In this document: positions 49,767-59,678 of the stretch, piece by piece
Position numbering within the stretch: the stretch's first letter is position 1
How the letters are laid out: each line of letters opens with the position of its first letter
Source: an uncultured archaeon
GTDB taxonomy: Archaea; Asgardarchaeota; Lokiarchaeia; Sigyniarchaeales; SOKP01
Assembly (NCBI GenBank): GCA_964388035.1
Contig: CAYLZE010000008.1
Span: 22,000 to 85,999 of the forward strand
DNA length: 64,000 bases
Direction: 5' to 3'
Translations under genes and position numbers: made by a program
The notes under the pieces: generated by a model
The model's input: the letters and a program-made list of their open reading frames with translations, nothing else
Databases searched by the model: none
Told to the model about the DNA's origin: nothing

Positions 49767-51794
49767 TCATAAATATTCGAATTTAGCTTCTTGGAGCATA
49801 TTTCTGGAAGAATTCCCAATTAAAATTTTAAAAATTCCTTTTTCAGATTTCCATACATTATCCTGTTCATCAAAAAAACGTAAATCTTGTTCTTTTATTG
49901 TAAATTTAACCGTGGTTTTTTCTTTTGGGTTCAATATCACTTTCCTAAATCCTATTAATTCCTTTAAAGGTCTTTTTATACTACTTTCTACATCTTGCAA
50001 ATATAACTGTACGATTTCAGCACCTTTCTTGTCACCTATATTAATGATATCAATTGATACTATGAGGTCCTGCTCTTTATTCATTTTTGGGCTGCTTAAA
50101 TTTATATTCTCGAAAGCAAAGTTTGTATAGGAAAGACCGAATCCAAAAGGAAATTGCGGTTCGATTTGCTTGGTATCATGATGTCGATACCCAATAAAAA
50201 TATCTTCCGCATAAAGCACGTCTTTATCACCAGGATATGTTTCTTTCGAGCCGTGTGCAGGAGAATCGGTTAATTCTTTAGGAAAGGTGATTGGTAATTT
50301 TCCAGAAGGATTCACTTCTCCGAAAAGCACATTCGCAAGAGCATTTCCGCCTTCTAAGCCAGCATACCATGGAATAACTACCGCGGGAACTTCTTCAATC
50401 CATTCTTTCATGCTAACGGGGCTTCCAATTATTAATACAACAATAATATTTGGGTTTTTTAAGGCTGTCTCTTGTATCTTTCTTACTTGGTCCTCGGGAA
50501 GATGAAAGGAACTTTTATCTTGACCTTCCGCATCCATGTTAGCTTCATGATTCAACCCCCCAAAAAATATAACTACATCAGCTTCAGAAGGAGAGGCATT
50601 GAGGTCAATCTTTCCATTACATATACTTTTTAAGCCTTGAAGAGGAGTAATTTCATATGGAGGGCGAATTTCCGAGCTTCCTCCATCCTCGGCCATTCTC
50701 TTATCAGCATTGGGACCTAATATGGCTATCTTCTTTACTTTATTTGTATCCAACGGCAACAAATTGTTTTCATTCTTTAAAAGGACAATTCCCTCTTCAG
50801 CAATTCTCCTTGCTATCTGTTGATGCTCGGGAGTATTTCTGCTGCCTTTAGGAAGGGTACTCTCATCATCAAATAGACCTACTAGGAACATGACTCTCAA
50901 GAGTCTTCTTATATTCTCATCAAGTGCTTCTTGCGAGAATTTACTTGCATCATATGCTTTCTGCATCCTTTTTACCTTATATTGTATGGGACGTGGCATT
51001 TCCAAGCTGAGTCCAGCGTTAATACAGTTTTCAATACTAGTACAATGAGCAGTTGCTCCCCAATCAGTAACTACAAATCCACGGAATCCCCACTCTTGCA
51101 TTAGTCTCTTTTTTAATAGATCCTCACTTTCACTTCCGTATATGCCATTCACTTTATTATAACAACTCATGAAAGACCACGCATCTGCTTCCGTCACGGT
51201 TGCTTTAAAGGCAGGCAAGTATATTTCTTGGAGGGCTCTTTCACTCACTTTAGCATTATAAATAAAGCGATTCGTTTCTTGATTATTACAGGCGTAATGT
51301 TTTACACATGCTGCTATCTTTTGACTCTGAATGCCTTTCACTGTTGCGACAGCGAGTTTTTTATTAAGATAGGGATCTTCAGTTTGATATTCAAAAGTCC
51401 TCCCGCCCATTGGAGTACGATCAATATTGATGCCTGGACCTAAGATCATGTGATATCCGATTTCTCTGACCTCTTCCCCCACGGAAATTCCGAATTTCTC
51501 TGAAAGTTCTGGATTCCAAGTTGCCGCCCTGCATATTGCGGTAGGGAAATATGTGCATTCTTTTTCTCCAGAACTATGTGGAGCAATTCCATGAGGTCCA
51601 TCAGTCATTTTGAAAGATGTTACTCCCAATCTCTTGATTGGTTTGGTATACCACATTTGCTTGCCCGAACAGAGTTTAAATTTTTCTTTTAATGTCAATC
51701 TGTTCAGTAGGTCTTCAACCCTTTCTTCGAGAGCGAGGTTCATGTTCATGAAAGGAAGCTTTGAAAGCTCATCTTCAGAAATTTTCTCATTCAT
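49767..51794 (-). CDS. Glycoside hydrolase family 3 (beta-glucosidase-like) with C-terminal FN3-like domain
   Basis: TDGPHG, GPGINIDR, EDP, KHY, MSCYN, VVTDWG nucleophile, VLLKN and FPFGFGLSY. Confidence 0.95.
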   Translation of the reverse strand: MNEKISEDELSKLPFMNMNLALEERVEDLLNRLTLKEKFKLCSGKQMWYTKPIKRLGVTSFKMTDGPHGIAPHSSGEKECTYFPTAICRAATWNPELSEKFGISVGEEVREIGYHMILGPGINIDRTPMGGRTFEYQTEDPYLNKKLAVATVKGIQSQKIAACVKHYACNNQETNRFIYNAKVSERALQEIYLPAFKATVTEADAWSFMSCYNKVNGIYGSESEDLLKKRLMQEWGFRGFVVTDWGATAHCTSIENCINAGLSLEMPRPIQYKVKRMQKAYDASKFSQEALDENIRRLLRVMFLVGLFDDESTLPKGSRNTPEHQQIARRIAEEGIVLLKNENNLLPLDTNKVKKIAILGPNADKRMAEDGGSSEIRPPYEITPLQGLKSICNGKIDLNASPSEADVVIFFGGLNHEANMDAEGQDKSSFHLPEDQVRKIQETALKNPNIIVVLIIGSPVSMKEWIEEVPAVVIPWYAGLEGGNALANVLFGEVNPSGKLPITFPKELTDSPAHGSKETYPGDKDVLYAEDIFIGYRHHDTKQIEPQFPFGFGLSYTNFAFENINLSSPKMNKEQDLIVSIDIINIGDKKGAEIVQLYLQDVESSIKRPLKELIGFRKVILNPKEKTTVKFTIKEQDLRFFDEQDNVWKSEKGIFKILIGNSSRNMLQEAKFEYL

Positions 51795-51926
51795 TTCAAG
51801 TCATTGAATTTAATTTGATAAGTAATAATATAATATAGAAAAGGATTTTCTTAAACCTTATTTATTCAAGTTCTTTTTTCTTGTCATATTGAGAATCATC
51901 AATTCTATTAAGATAAAGAGAATATT

Positions 51927-52616
51927 TTATTCCACGTTCTCTTTTTTAAGCTTCTCCATGGCTTTACGTTCTAAAGTTTTTGAATAGGTCTCCCATTTAT
52001 CTGCTTCTCCAGCATTTTTTCTTTGAATTATAAATTTACACGTTTTGGCTCCTGATGGGATGGTAGAAGTAAATTCTACTTGAAATTCAGAAGAGAAAAC
52101 ATGATCTCTAAAATAGTCTAATATTCCTTGAACCAAATAGCGTTGAACCCTACAATCAAATGCAGAATATACATCTTGTAAAGGACACCATAGTATATCA
52201 AAAGAGCACCTATCCTCACTTTCAATCACGGGATCTTCGATAGAAGTCCAAGCTTGCGTGTTAATGATAGTTGCCAAATAACTCATTAATTCAACATCCG
52301 TTATATCTTCGGGAATTTTACTGGGATCAATCATTTGCCTCCCCACTTCATATCCTGTTTTAATTAAAGCTTTAGACACGATTTCCTGTCCTCTTGTTCC
52401 GAATTCTTTCTCAACATCCTTTAGAATGTTAATAACTCCCATTGACATGAAAAGGGCAAATTGCAGTAAAGAAGTTGGATCAAGATCTTTCCTCCCCATT
52501 ACCTTCTTTCTAAAGCGGTCTAATGCTTCTTTAAAAGGTTCCCCCAAAATATTCTTAACTTTCTTCCAGCTTTCTTCCTTCCTATTCGCCCCTTTTAGAA
52601 TTCCTTTATCAATCAT
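51927..52616 (-). CDS. V4R/ATC-hydrolase-like ligand-binding protein
   Basis: GYEVG, WCP..D....DC and TIPSGAKTCKF. Confidence 0.65.
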   Translation of the reverse strand: MIDKGILKGANRKEESWKKVKNILGEPFKEALDRFRKKVMGRKDLDPTSLLQFALFMSMGVINILKDVEKEFGTRGQEIVSKALIKTGYEVGRQMIDPSKIPEDITDVELMSYLATIINTQAWTSIEDPVIESEDRCSFDILWCPLQDVYSAFDCRVQRYLVQGILDYFRDHVFSSEFQVEFTSTIPSGAKTCKFIIQRKNAGEADKWETYSKTLERKAMEKLKKENVE

Positions 52617-52801
52617 TTTTAGTTTAAAATTTCTTTTTGATTTAATTATATTTTTATGTTAAAACAAATAAAACCATTAATTCATAGAATCTGATCCACT
52701 AAGAATTTTTCTTTATTGATTGCTCAAAATAATAAAAATTTAAATTATTATTTAAAAAGATTAAAAATTAGTAAGATAATAATCTAAAATTCTTTCTTGA
52801 A

Positions 52802-53222
52802 TTACTTTACATAAGTTTTTCCTACTTCGTATGCTTTTGCTAATACCTCACCCACTTAGCTATAATTATTATCATAAAAATACAAGAAAGGATCAATTTT
52901 ACTCAATTCTTATTTAGATCCTTGGAAGCTCAAAAACTTCAGATTTATTAACTTTTTTACTTGATACTATCCCGCAATAATCTGTTTCTTTAACAATTTC
53001 AATGGAGGGCACGTTAACACTGAAATACTGATTTTGTAATATACCAATATTGGTATGATGTGCCTTTCAACTACTTATAATAAAATGAGGGACCTAATAT
53101 CTTGAAGATGTTATATCTGCTACTGTGAAAAAGTTAGGAATTTCATCTACAAGAGCGCCAACTATAACCAAGGATTTGATTAGATAAGGATGATTTCTAA
53201 CTTTCTTTTTATTCCTGTTCAT
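52802..53222 (-). pseudogene. Flavoredoxin / flavin reductase family pseudogene
   Basis: GAGGTG SD and ATG 53222; VIVGALVD..PNF, H.TN.GI..N..FSVNVPS...V.ETDYCGIVS; stops at 53094 (TAG) and 53067 (TGA), internal deletion, then C-terminal IDPFLY...VGEVLAKAYEVGK. Confidence 0.8.
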
Positions 53223-53267
53223 ACACCTCTTTAAATAACATTAGATAATATAACTTTATAATCTTTC

Positions 53268-54071
53268 ATGCTTTATTTGAAGATTATGGATTCTTCTTTT
53301 ATCGATGATCCAAGTATTTCGAACATAATTTTTTATCCAAGAAAAGCTCCCAAACCTAATAACTTACGGCCACATATTAAACCGTTAACATTTGCGATTA
53401 ATGAGAACATAAAAATTGGAGGATATTTCTACTTAAATGAAGAGACATGCCCCACTATTCTCTTCTTTCATGGAAATGGAGAAATTGCTCTTGAATATCA
53501 GTATTTTTATAATGAATTCTTTAAAATAGGCGTGAATTTAGCCGTCATGGATTTTCGAGGATATGGACATAGTTCAGGTCACCCAACCTACACCAGCTTG
53601 TTAACGGACCCGATGCCAATTTATTATCATTTTATAAAATGGCTAGAGGAAAATAAAGTAACTGGTTCTCTTTTTGTTCAAGGGAGATCACTGGGTAGCA
53701 CGTGCGCTGCCGAGATTGGTTTTCATGATCCGAAAGAACTAAAAGGATTAATATTTGAAAGTAGTTTTGCCAGCGCATATAACATGATGACCCGTCTCTT
53801 TAGAATTAACAGTCCTAAAATCACCCCCGAATCATTAAAAGACTATTCTAATGATACCAGAATGAGAAAAATTCAGAAGCCGGTATTAATTCTTCACGGT
53901 AGCGGGGATTGGATCATCCCAAATAGTGAAGCCAAATTGATTTATGACGCATTACCCGGAAATATTGACAAGAAGTTAATTTTAATAGAAGGAGCGGGAC
54001 ATAATGATATTTTATCCCATGAAAAAGAATATTTCACACCATTAAAAGAGTTTATTCTGAAATATTCTTAA
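53268..54071 (+). CDS. Alpha/beta hydrolase (ABHD13/17, BEM46-like)
   Basis: FFHGNGE, DFRGYGHSSG, GRSLG, LHGSGD and GAGHND. Confidence 0.92.
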   Translation: MLYLKIMDSSFIDDPSISNIIFYPRKAPKPNNLRPHIKPLTFAINENIKIGGYFYLNEETCPTILFFHGNGEIALEYQYFYNEFFKIGVNLAVMDFRGYGHSSGHPTYTSLLTDPMPIYYHFIKWLEENKVTGSLFVQGRSLGSTCAAEIGFHDPKELKGLIFESSFASAYNMMTRLFRINSPKITPESLKDYSNDTRMRKIQKPVLILHGSGDWIIPNSEAKLIYDALPGNIDKKLILIEGAGHNDILSHEKEYFTPLKEFILKYS

Positions 54072-54290
54072 TTCTTTTTATTCTATTATTACTTGATGTT
54101 AAATTCCTTGCGAGAAATTTAAACAGGGGATTATATTATACTTAAAAATCGATTGAAAAAACTTCATATTTTCCTTGGATCAATTTTTTTTCATTTCTCC
54201 TGGGAATAAAAGTTGGTCTATTAATATTTTTAATAGAAATATTGCTTTTCTAGACTTAATAATGAAATATAACATGAGAGAAGGATAGAA

Positions 54291-54602
54291 ATGATAAATT
54301 ATTGTTCAAAATGTGGGTGCAAAATAAGAAACTATATTCCAGAGAAAACTAATTACTGTTCTCATTGTGGCGCTAAATTGTTGCACCCAATGGATTCAAT
54401 CCCTTCTATTTTTAAAACCTGTTCAATTTGTCACAAACGAGTGAATGTTAATTCCAGTCGTATTGTTGAATGTTCTTATTGTAATGCCATTTTTCATGTC
54501 TCTTGTATCACGCCTTGGCTTGTCCAGCATAATACGTGTCCATTATGTCAAAATGTCTATTTATTACCAAAATTCCACGAATCTATTATTATTCGGGAGT
54601 AA
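54291..54602 (+). CDS. Zinc ribbon plus RING-variant finger protein (putative E3 ligase-like)
   Basis: CSKCG..CSHCG, then CSIC..CSYC...FH.SC..PWL....TCPLC. Confidence 0.85.
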   Translation: MINYCSKCGCKIRNYIPEKTNYCSHCGAKLLHPMDSIPSIFKTCSICHKRVNVNSSRIVECSYCNAIFHVSCITPWLVQHNTCPLCQNVYLLPKFHESIIIRE

Positions 54603-54753
54603 GGTTATTATAAGTGTTCAGTTGTTCGGTTTTTGTTCAACTTTCTTATTTTCATATCAATCAAAAAAAAGTAAAAGCAATAGGATTTTTTAACTGGGTA
54701 CAAATCTTAAGGCTTAATTTATTAAAAATTAATAAGATTATTTTTTTCCTTCC

Positions 54754-55330
54754 TCATGGTTTTTCTCCCATTAAATAACCCCCAAATACCATTAACCATA
54801 ATATGAGGGGATAAACGATCATTCATTAACTTCCACCATGTCTGATCGCGTCAAAAATCGCCGTGAATCCTGCGTCTTCAATCACCATTCTAATTACCTA
54901 AACGAGACCTAGAATTCCTAAAAATATAGAAATATACTTAATTGATCCAGATAATTTCCAACAAGTTATGATCGGCATTAAATTGGCAAAGAGAAACGTG
55001 ATTAGAGCGGATATTGAAAGGATTTCTCCCGTTTTTAAATGAAAAATTCCCTCACCTAATGTTCTAATGCCCGCAATCATAAAAATAATAAATATCTTCA
55101 TTTCACGGTGGTATTTATAAAATAAATAGCTTCCGATCATTATCAGAATTCCCGCGATTATTAGAGATGTGTTAAAGAGGTAGGATGTTTCTGGGATAAC
55201 GCCCAAATCGCTAATGGCAGAATGGTTAAAGATATAGAATGGGGCTATTGCAGCAGACTGCATCATTATTATCATTAATTCAGCGGCGGTGACAAAAAAA
55301 ATGCATCCCGCATATATTTTATACTTAAGA
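54754..55330 (-). pseudogene. DUF998-type membrane protein with in-frame stops (TAG 54898; TAA-TGA 54823-54828)
   Basis: AISDLG, LFNTSLII.G and C-terminal HGGS**MIVYP..LW...FGGYLM, where the family consensus is GG.ERMIVYP. The 5' end is approximate. Confidence 0.75.
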
Positions 55331-55379
55331 GTTAAGCTTATTTTCTCTAATTTAATATAGAAGGAGTATCGTGGTTGAA

Positions 55380-55937
55380 TTATATCGTTAGATCATTTCT
55401 TGAATTCCATTCTGTATCGCACTTATCGCAATGGAACTTTGTGCCGTACAACCGTGGATAGGTCATAATTATGTTGGTTTTATCCAATTCTTCATGAATT
55501 TCATTGAAATCCTCATTTCCACATTTAGGACATTTATGAACATTATTAAAGTTTGAATCAATACTTTGTGGTTCTTTTTTTCCGGAAGAAGGAGAATCGA
55601 TGCTTACCGCGTCATCAATTTCCATTACATCTAATATTAATTTATTCTTCTGTTTATTACTCCTATTTTCTTCACATTCCTCTAAATCTTTTAAGAGATC
55701 TGCTTCAATTACATGGGAACTGTTCTGATGGAAAACTGCTTCAGAAGAGAGATTGGAAATAATAGAAACAGTGCTTTCAATCTTATTCCCTTTTAGATTG
55801 TTATGGATCTTATTTCTATGATGGTGACACATTCCAGAAGGGTCCCACGTTAGATTTTTACATTGAGACCCGTCCAAATTTGTTCCCAAACATCTGGGTG
55901 CCTTTTCATTTAGACTTTCTTTGACTCTTGTTATGAT
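55380..55937 (-). CDS. Protein with N-terminal CCCH finger and C-terminal zinc ribbon; extended to a non-canonical ATC/ATA start
   Basis: RCLGTNLDGSQC...MCHHH, whose first Cys lies upstream of the TTG, and CPKCGN...IHEELDKT.II..YPRLYG.KFHCDKCDTEW. Confidence 0.7.
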   Translation of the reverse strand: MITRVKESLNEKAPRCLGTNLDGSQCKNLTWDPSGMCHHHRNKIHNNLKGNKIESTVSIISNLSSEAVFHQNSSHVIEADLLKDLEECEENRSNKQKNKLILDVMEIDDAVSIDSPSSGKKEPQSIDSNFNNVHKCPKCGNEDFNEIHEELDKTNIIMTYPRLYGTKFHCDKCDTEWNSRNDLTI

Positions 55938-56071
55938 TGTATCCCCTTTTTTAAATTTGAAAAAAAATTAATTATTGATTCCTTTTATTCAAATTTCATC
56001 AAAACTCTATTATAAATTTCACCCTAACTTAAATAAAAAGGTTTCTCCTTTTTACTAATAAGATAAATTAA

Positions 56072-57925
56072 ATGATAAATTACCATAAATTAATGGGAAA
56101 TGTTACAAATCACTTGGGATTCATCTCGGGCATTAATGGATCGATAATTAAAGTAAAGGGATTGGAAAAACAAGTAAGGCTTCATGATTTATTAAAAATT
56201 GTAGATAAAAACATTATTACAGAAGTCATTCAAATACACTCGACTTACGTTGTGGCACAGAGTTTTGAAAATACCATTAATTTAAAATTGAAGGATAAAG
56301 TCATGAGTCTAGGGATTCCTTTATCGATGGAGCTGGGTCCAGGCCTTTTAAGTAATGTTTTTGATGGTATCCAACGACCCTTAGGGCCCATTTTTGAACT
56401 TAATAAGAGCGGTCATTTAGAATGTGGGATTGAATTCCAATCATTATCAAGACAAGAAAAATGGCAATTTATTCCTTTAAAATCTGCCAATGATATCGTG
56501 AACGGAGGAGATGTCATAGGAGCAGTAAAGGAAACAGAGTCTATATTGCACAAAATAATGGTCCCTAATGATATCACGGGAACATTAACCTTTATAGCAA
56601 AAGAAGGAAAATATACCATCGAAGAGGAAATTTATCGCGTGAAAACCGAAGGGCAAGAAAAAAATTTTACCATGATGCAGAAGTGGGGAATAACTAATAT
56701 TAGACCCTTTTTAAAAAGACTTCGCCCTTCGAAGCCCTTGATTACGGGAACCCGATTTATAGATCTATTATTTCCTATTGCCCAGGGAGGTACTGTAGCC
56801 GTGCCCGGGGGATTTGGAACGGGAAAATCAATAATTCTTCAAACAATAGCAAAATATTGTAACGCAGATATAATCGTGTATGTATGCTGTGGAGAGCCTG
56901 GGAATGAAATTGCAAATATATTAAAACAATTCAGCGAGACAAAGGATCCAAAAACAAATAGGGCAATATCCGAGCATATCATTGTTATTGCGAATACATC
57001 GAACATGCCGGTCTCCGCAAGAGAAGCAAGTTTGTTCTCAGGCGTTACCATCGCTGAATATTATCGAGATATGGGTTATGATGTTGCGCTTTTCGCCGAT
57101 AGCACCACGAGATGGGCTGAAGCTCTTAGAGAGATTTCAAGCAGGCTTGAAGAAATGCCTGCAGAGGAAGGTTATCCTGCCTATCTTTTTTCAAAATTAT
57201 CTAGTTTTTATGAACGAGCAGGATTAGTAGAATGCTTAAAAAGTATCGAAGATCAAGAGCAGAGAACTGGCTCAATTACCATAATAACATCATTATCTCC
57301 GCCAGCGGGTGATTTTAATGAGCCAGTTACTGCTTCAACCAAGAGAGTAATACAAGAATTGCTGGTATTAGATCGAGAGCTTTCTTATTTGAAGAATTTT
57401 CCAGCAATTAATTGGTTGCATTCTTATTCTATTTATCCGGAATATGTGGAGAAATGGTGGAAGGAAAATGATCTTCTTTGGGAAGATGTACCTTATGATT
57501 GGATGGAATGTCGAAACTTTGTAAATAATATTTTATCTAAGGAACATAATCTTCAAGATGTGAAGCAAATATTAGGAATGGAAGGCATTACAGAGGATAT
57601 GAAATTAGATCTTTTTATGGCTAAACTAATAAGGAATGCTCTTCTAAATCAGAATGCGTTCGATGAAATCGATTGCTTTTCAAGTGCTATAAAGTTATTA
57701 AGTCTGGTTAAACTTATCCCTCTTTTTTATGATAAAGCAATGAGGTATCTTTCTAACCCGGATACTGAAGGTTTTATTGACAACAGGGTGTATGATGTAG
57801 TTTTTAAACAACTCACGCATTTAGCTAAATCCGTGTCGAATGAGGATTTTGCTGAAATGGAAGCTATAAAACAAAGGATACATAATATTTTTGAGGGTGA
57901 CGTGGAAGAATGGATAACGAAATAA
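56072..57925 (+). CDS. atpA: A/V-type ATPase subunit A, divergent orphan paralogue
   Basis: ELGPGLL..FDGIQRPL, PLITG.R.ID..FP, GGFGTGKS, NTSNMPVSAREAS, EYYRDMG, EEMPAEEGYPAYL and FYERAG. Confidence 0.93.
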   Translation: MINYHKLMGNVTNHLGFISGINGSIIKVKGLEKQVRLHDLLKIVDKNIITEVIQIHSTYVVAQSFENTINLKLKDKVMSLGIPLSMELGPGLLSNVFDGIQRPLGPIFELNKSGHLECGIEFQSLSRQEKWQFIPLKSANDIVNGGDVIGAVKETESILHKIMVPNDITGTLTFIAKEGKYTIEEEIYRVKTEGQEKNFTMMQKWGITNIRPFLKRLRPSKPLITGTRFIDLLFPIAQGGTVAVPGGFGTGKSIILQTIAKYCNADIIVYVCCGEPGNEIANILKQFSETKDPKTNRAISEHIIVIANTSNMPVSAREASLFSGVTIAEYYRDMGYDVALFADSTTRWAEALREISSRLEEMPAEEGYPAYLFSKLSSFYERAGLVECLKSIEDQEQRTGSITIITSLSPPAGDFNEPVTASTKRVIQELLVLDRELSYLKNFPAINWLHSYSIYPEYVEKWWKENDLLWEDVPYDWMECRNFVNNILSKEHNLQDVKQILGMEGITEDMKLDLFMAKLIRNALLNQNAFDEIDCFSSAIKLLSLVKLIPLFYDKAMRYLSNPDTEGFIDNRVYDVVFKQLTHLAKSVSNEDFAEMEAIKQRIHNIFEGDVEEWITK

Positions 57926-59588
57926 TTATTTGGGATAAAAATTGCTTACGCGGTTAAAATTCGATTTCATCTCATTTGAAAGATTATTATTAAGTAAAAA
58001 TCATGATAGCATTCGTTTGGATAAAATAATGGAATTCATTAAATGAAGGAATTTTTTAAAAAATAGGAATAAAGAATATTATTTTATGAGGGCTAATTCC
58101 ACGCCTTTAGTCTCCTTCAAGAAATAATACGTTATGGGAATGATCAAAAGATATCCAAAAATAAAGATAACAAAAGTGATTCCCAAGCCCAAGAATAATA
58201 TAATTAAACTACTAAGAACTAATCCCAAAGTTCCTCCTAAAGCCCCAATTAGATTTCGAAAACCCACACCCGTCCCCCTTCTATCTGTTGGGAGTAATTC
58301 TATATTAGCAATCCTAATCATTCCCAACGACCCCCAAAAGGTAATGTGGCTAATTGAATATCCAATAAACACTAAAGTGAATGCATATTTTGAGCTTTGA
58401 GCACCAAAGACCCATAAAATAACAGAAATAGGAGCAAGAATACTCCATACGTATAATAAGGGCTTTCTTCCAATTTTATCTGCCAGGAATCCATTAACAG
58501 CATAAGCAATTAAGACAGTAAAAACGGTCATAAAAAAGATGAGAGTCACTTGAGATTGGGGAATGGTCCCCGTATCGGCAATATACTTTTCAAATAATCC
58601 AATATAGATGGAGGATGCTCCCCGGATAAAAGCAATTGCCAAAAGAGCAATGTAAGAACCTCGTTCTTCGGTTTGAAAAATGGATCGTAAATCTTCTTTA
58701 AAGGATCTCTTTATTGCTTTCGAAGGATCAGATGTTAGCATTTGATATTTCGATGACTCTTTTAGAGTAAAAAGAATTACGAAAAACAAGGGAAATCCAA
58801 AGAGGATTGGAAAGATGGTCATGCCTCTCCAATTAGATTCCGTGTTAGTAATGAAAATTGCCCGTGAAATGACCATGATAATGGGGCCAAAAAGCCCAGC
58901 CATTAATGCAATATTGGAATAGAAAGCTCTTTTATTTGGCTGAGAATCTTCAGTAATGTAAATCATCCAAATATCAGAAGAGAAAAAAAAATTTAACAGA
59001 AAGACGAAGAATATGTACATTATGAAGCTCGAAGAGAGAAACATTCCCAAGCAGGCACCGGTCATTCCTATCACGGTAAATGCTAACATTTTCTTCCGTC
59101 CAATCTTATCGGCAAAATATTGATTAAAAAATAAAAAATACATGCCAATCATTACTAATCCATTGGCTAATGCCATTATAGAATTTTGCATGGTGGTGTC
59201 ATAGCCCCCTAAAAATTCTGAAGCAATAAGAGATGGAATGGCACCAGGAAAAACGGTACAAAATGCATCTAATACTTGAACAAGACACATTACAAGCAAT
59301 AAATATTTAAAATTAGTAGCAATGATTGATTTTGCACTTTTTTCTGATTGTAAAATATCTTTTTCAACCATGATTCTCAATATAATTATATTTTTTGCAA
59401 TTTTAGATAGAATTTATTTTGGAAAAACGGACATTTTATAATTTAGTCATAATAGTATAAAAAAATTTCGAAAAAAAATAAAATCTGAGACCAAGCCATT
59501 TGAGAGCAAGACTAATTTACCAAATTATTGATGCTTCTTGAAAGAAAAAGGAACTTACATAAATGTGGAAGAATGGATAATGAAATAA
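57902..59588 (+). repeat. 24-bp direct repeat GTGGAAGAATGGATAAYGAAATAA (57902-57925 and 59565-59588) bracketing an MFS gene
   Basis: The two copies are identical at 23 of 24 positions, read directly from the sequence. Confidence 0.75.
58079..59380 (-). CDS. MFS transporter
   Basis: ADKIGRK occurs twice, with ELLPTDRRGTG and about 12 TM segments. Confidence 0.92.
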   Translation of the reverse strand: MRIMVEKDILQSEKSAKSIIATNFKYLLLVMCLVQVLDAFCTVFPGAIPSLIASEFLGGYDTTMQNSIMALANGLVMIGMYFLFFNQYFADKIGRKKMLAFTVIGMTGACLGMFLSSSFIMYIFFVFLLNFFFSSDIWMIYITEDSQPNKRAFYSNIALMAGLFGPIIMVISRAIFITNTESNWRGMTIFPILFGFPLFFVILFTLKESSKYQMLTSDPSKAIKRSFKEDLRSIFQTEERGSYIALLAIAFIRGASSIYIGLFEKYIADTGTIPQSQVTLIFFMTVFTVLIAYAVNGFLADKIGRKPLLYVWSILAPISVILWVFGAQSSKYAFTLVFIGYSISHITFWGSLGMIRIANIELLPTDRRGTGVGFRNLIGALGGTLGLVLSSLIILFLGLGITFVIFIFGYLLIIPITYYFLKETKGVELALIK

Positions 59589-59678
59589 ACGATTAGTATT
59601 TAGTTCTTTTACTAACTTACCATGGGATTTATTGGTTTTTTGGTCAGGTACTAACTCAAATAACTATTTTTGAGTGGT

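Noticed and set aside
57910-57957. Remnant atpB start overlapping the atpA stop (MDNEIIIWDKNCLRG*)
   Set aside because: Only 15 codons long, with no recognisable subunit B motif.
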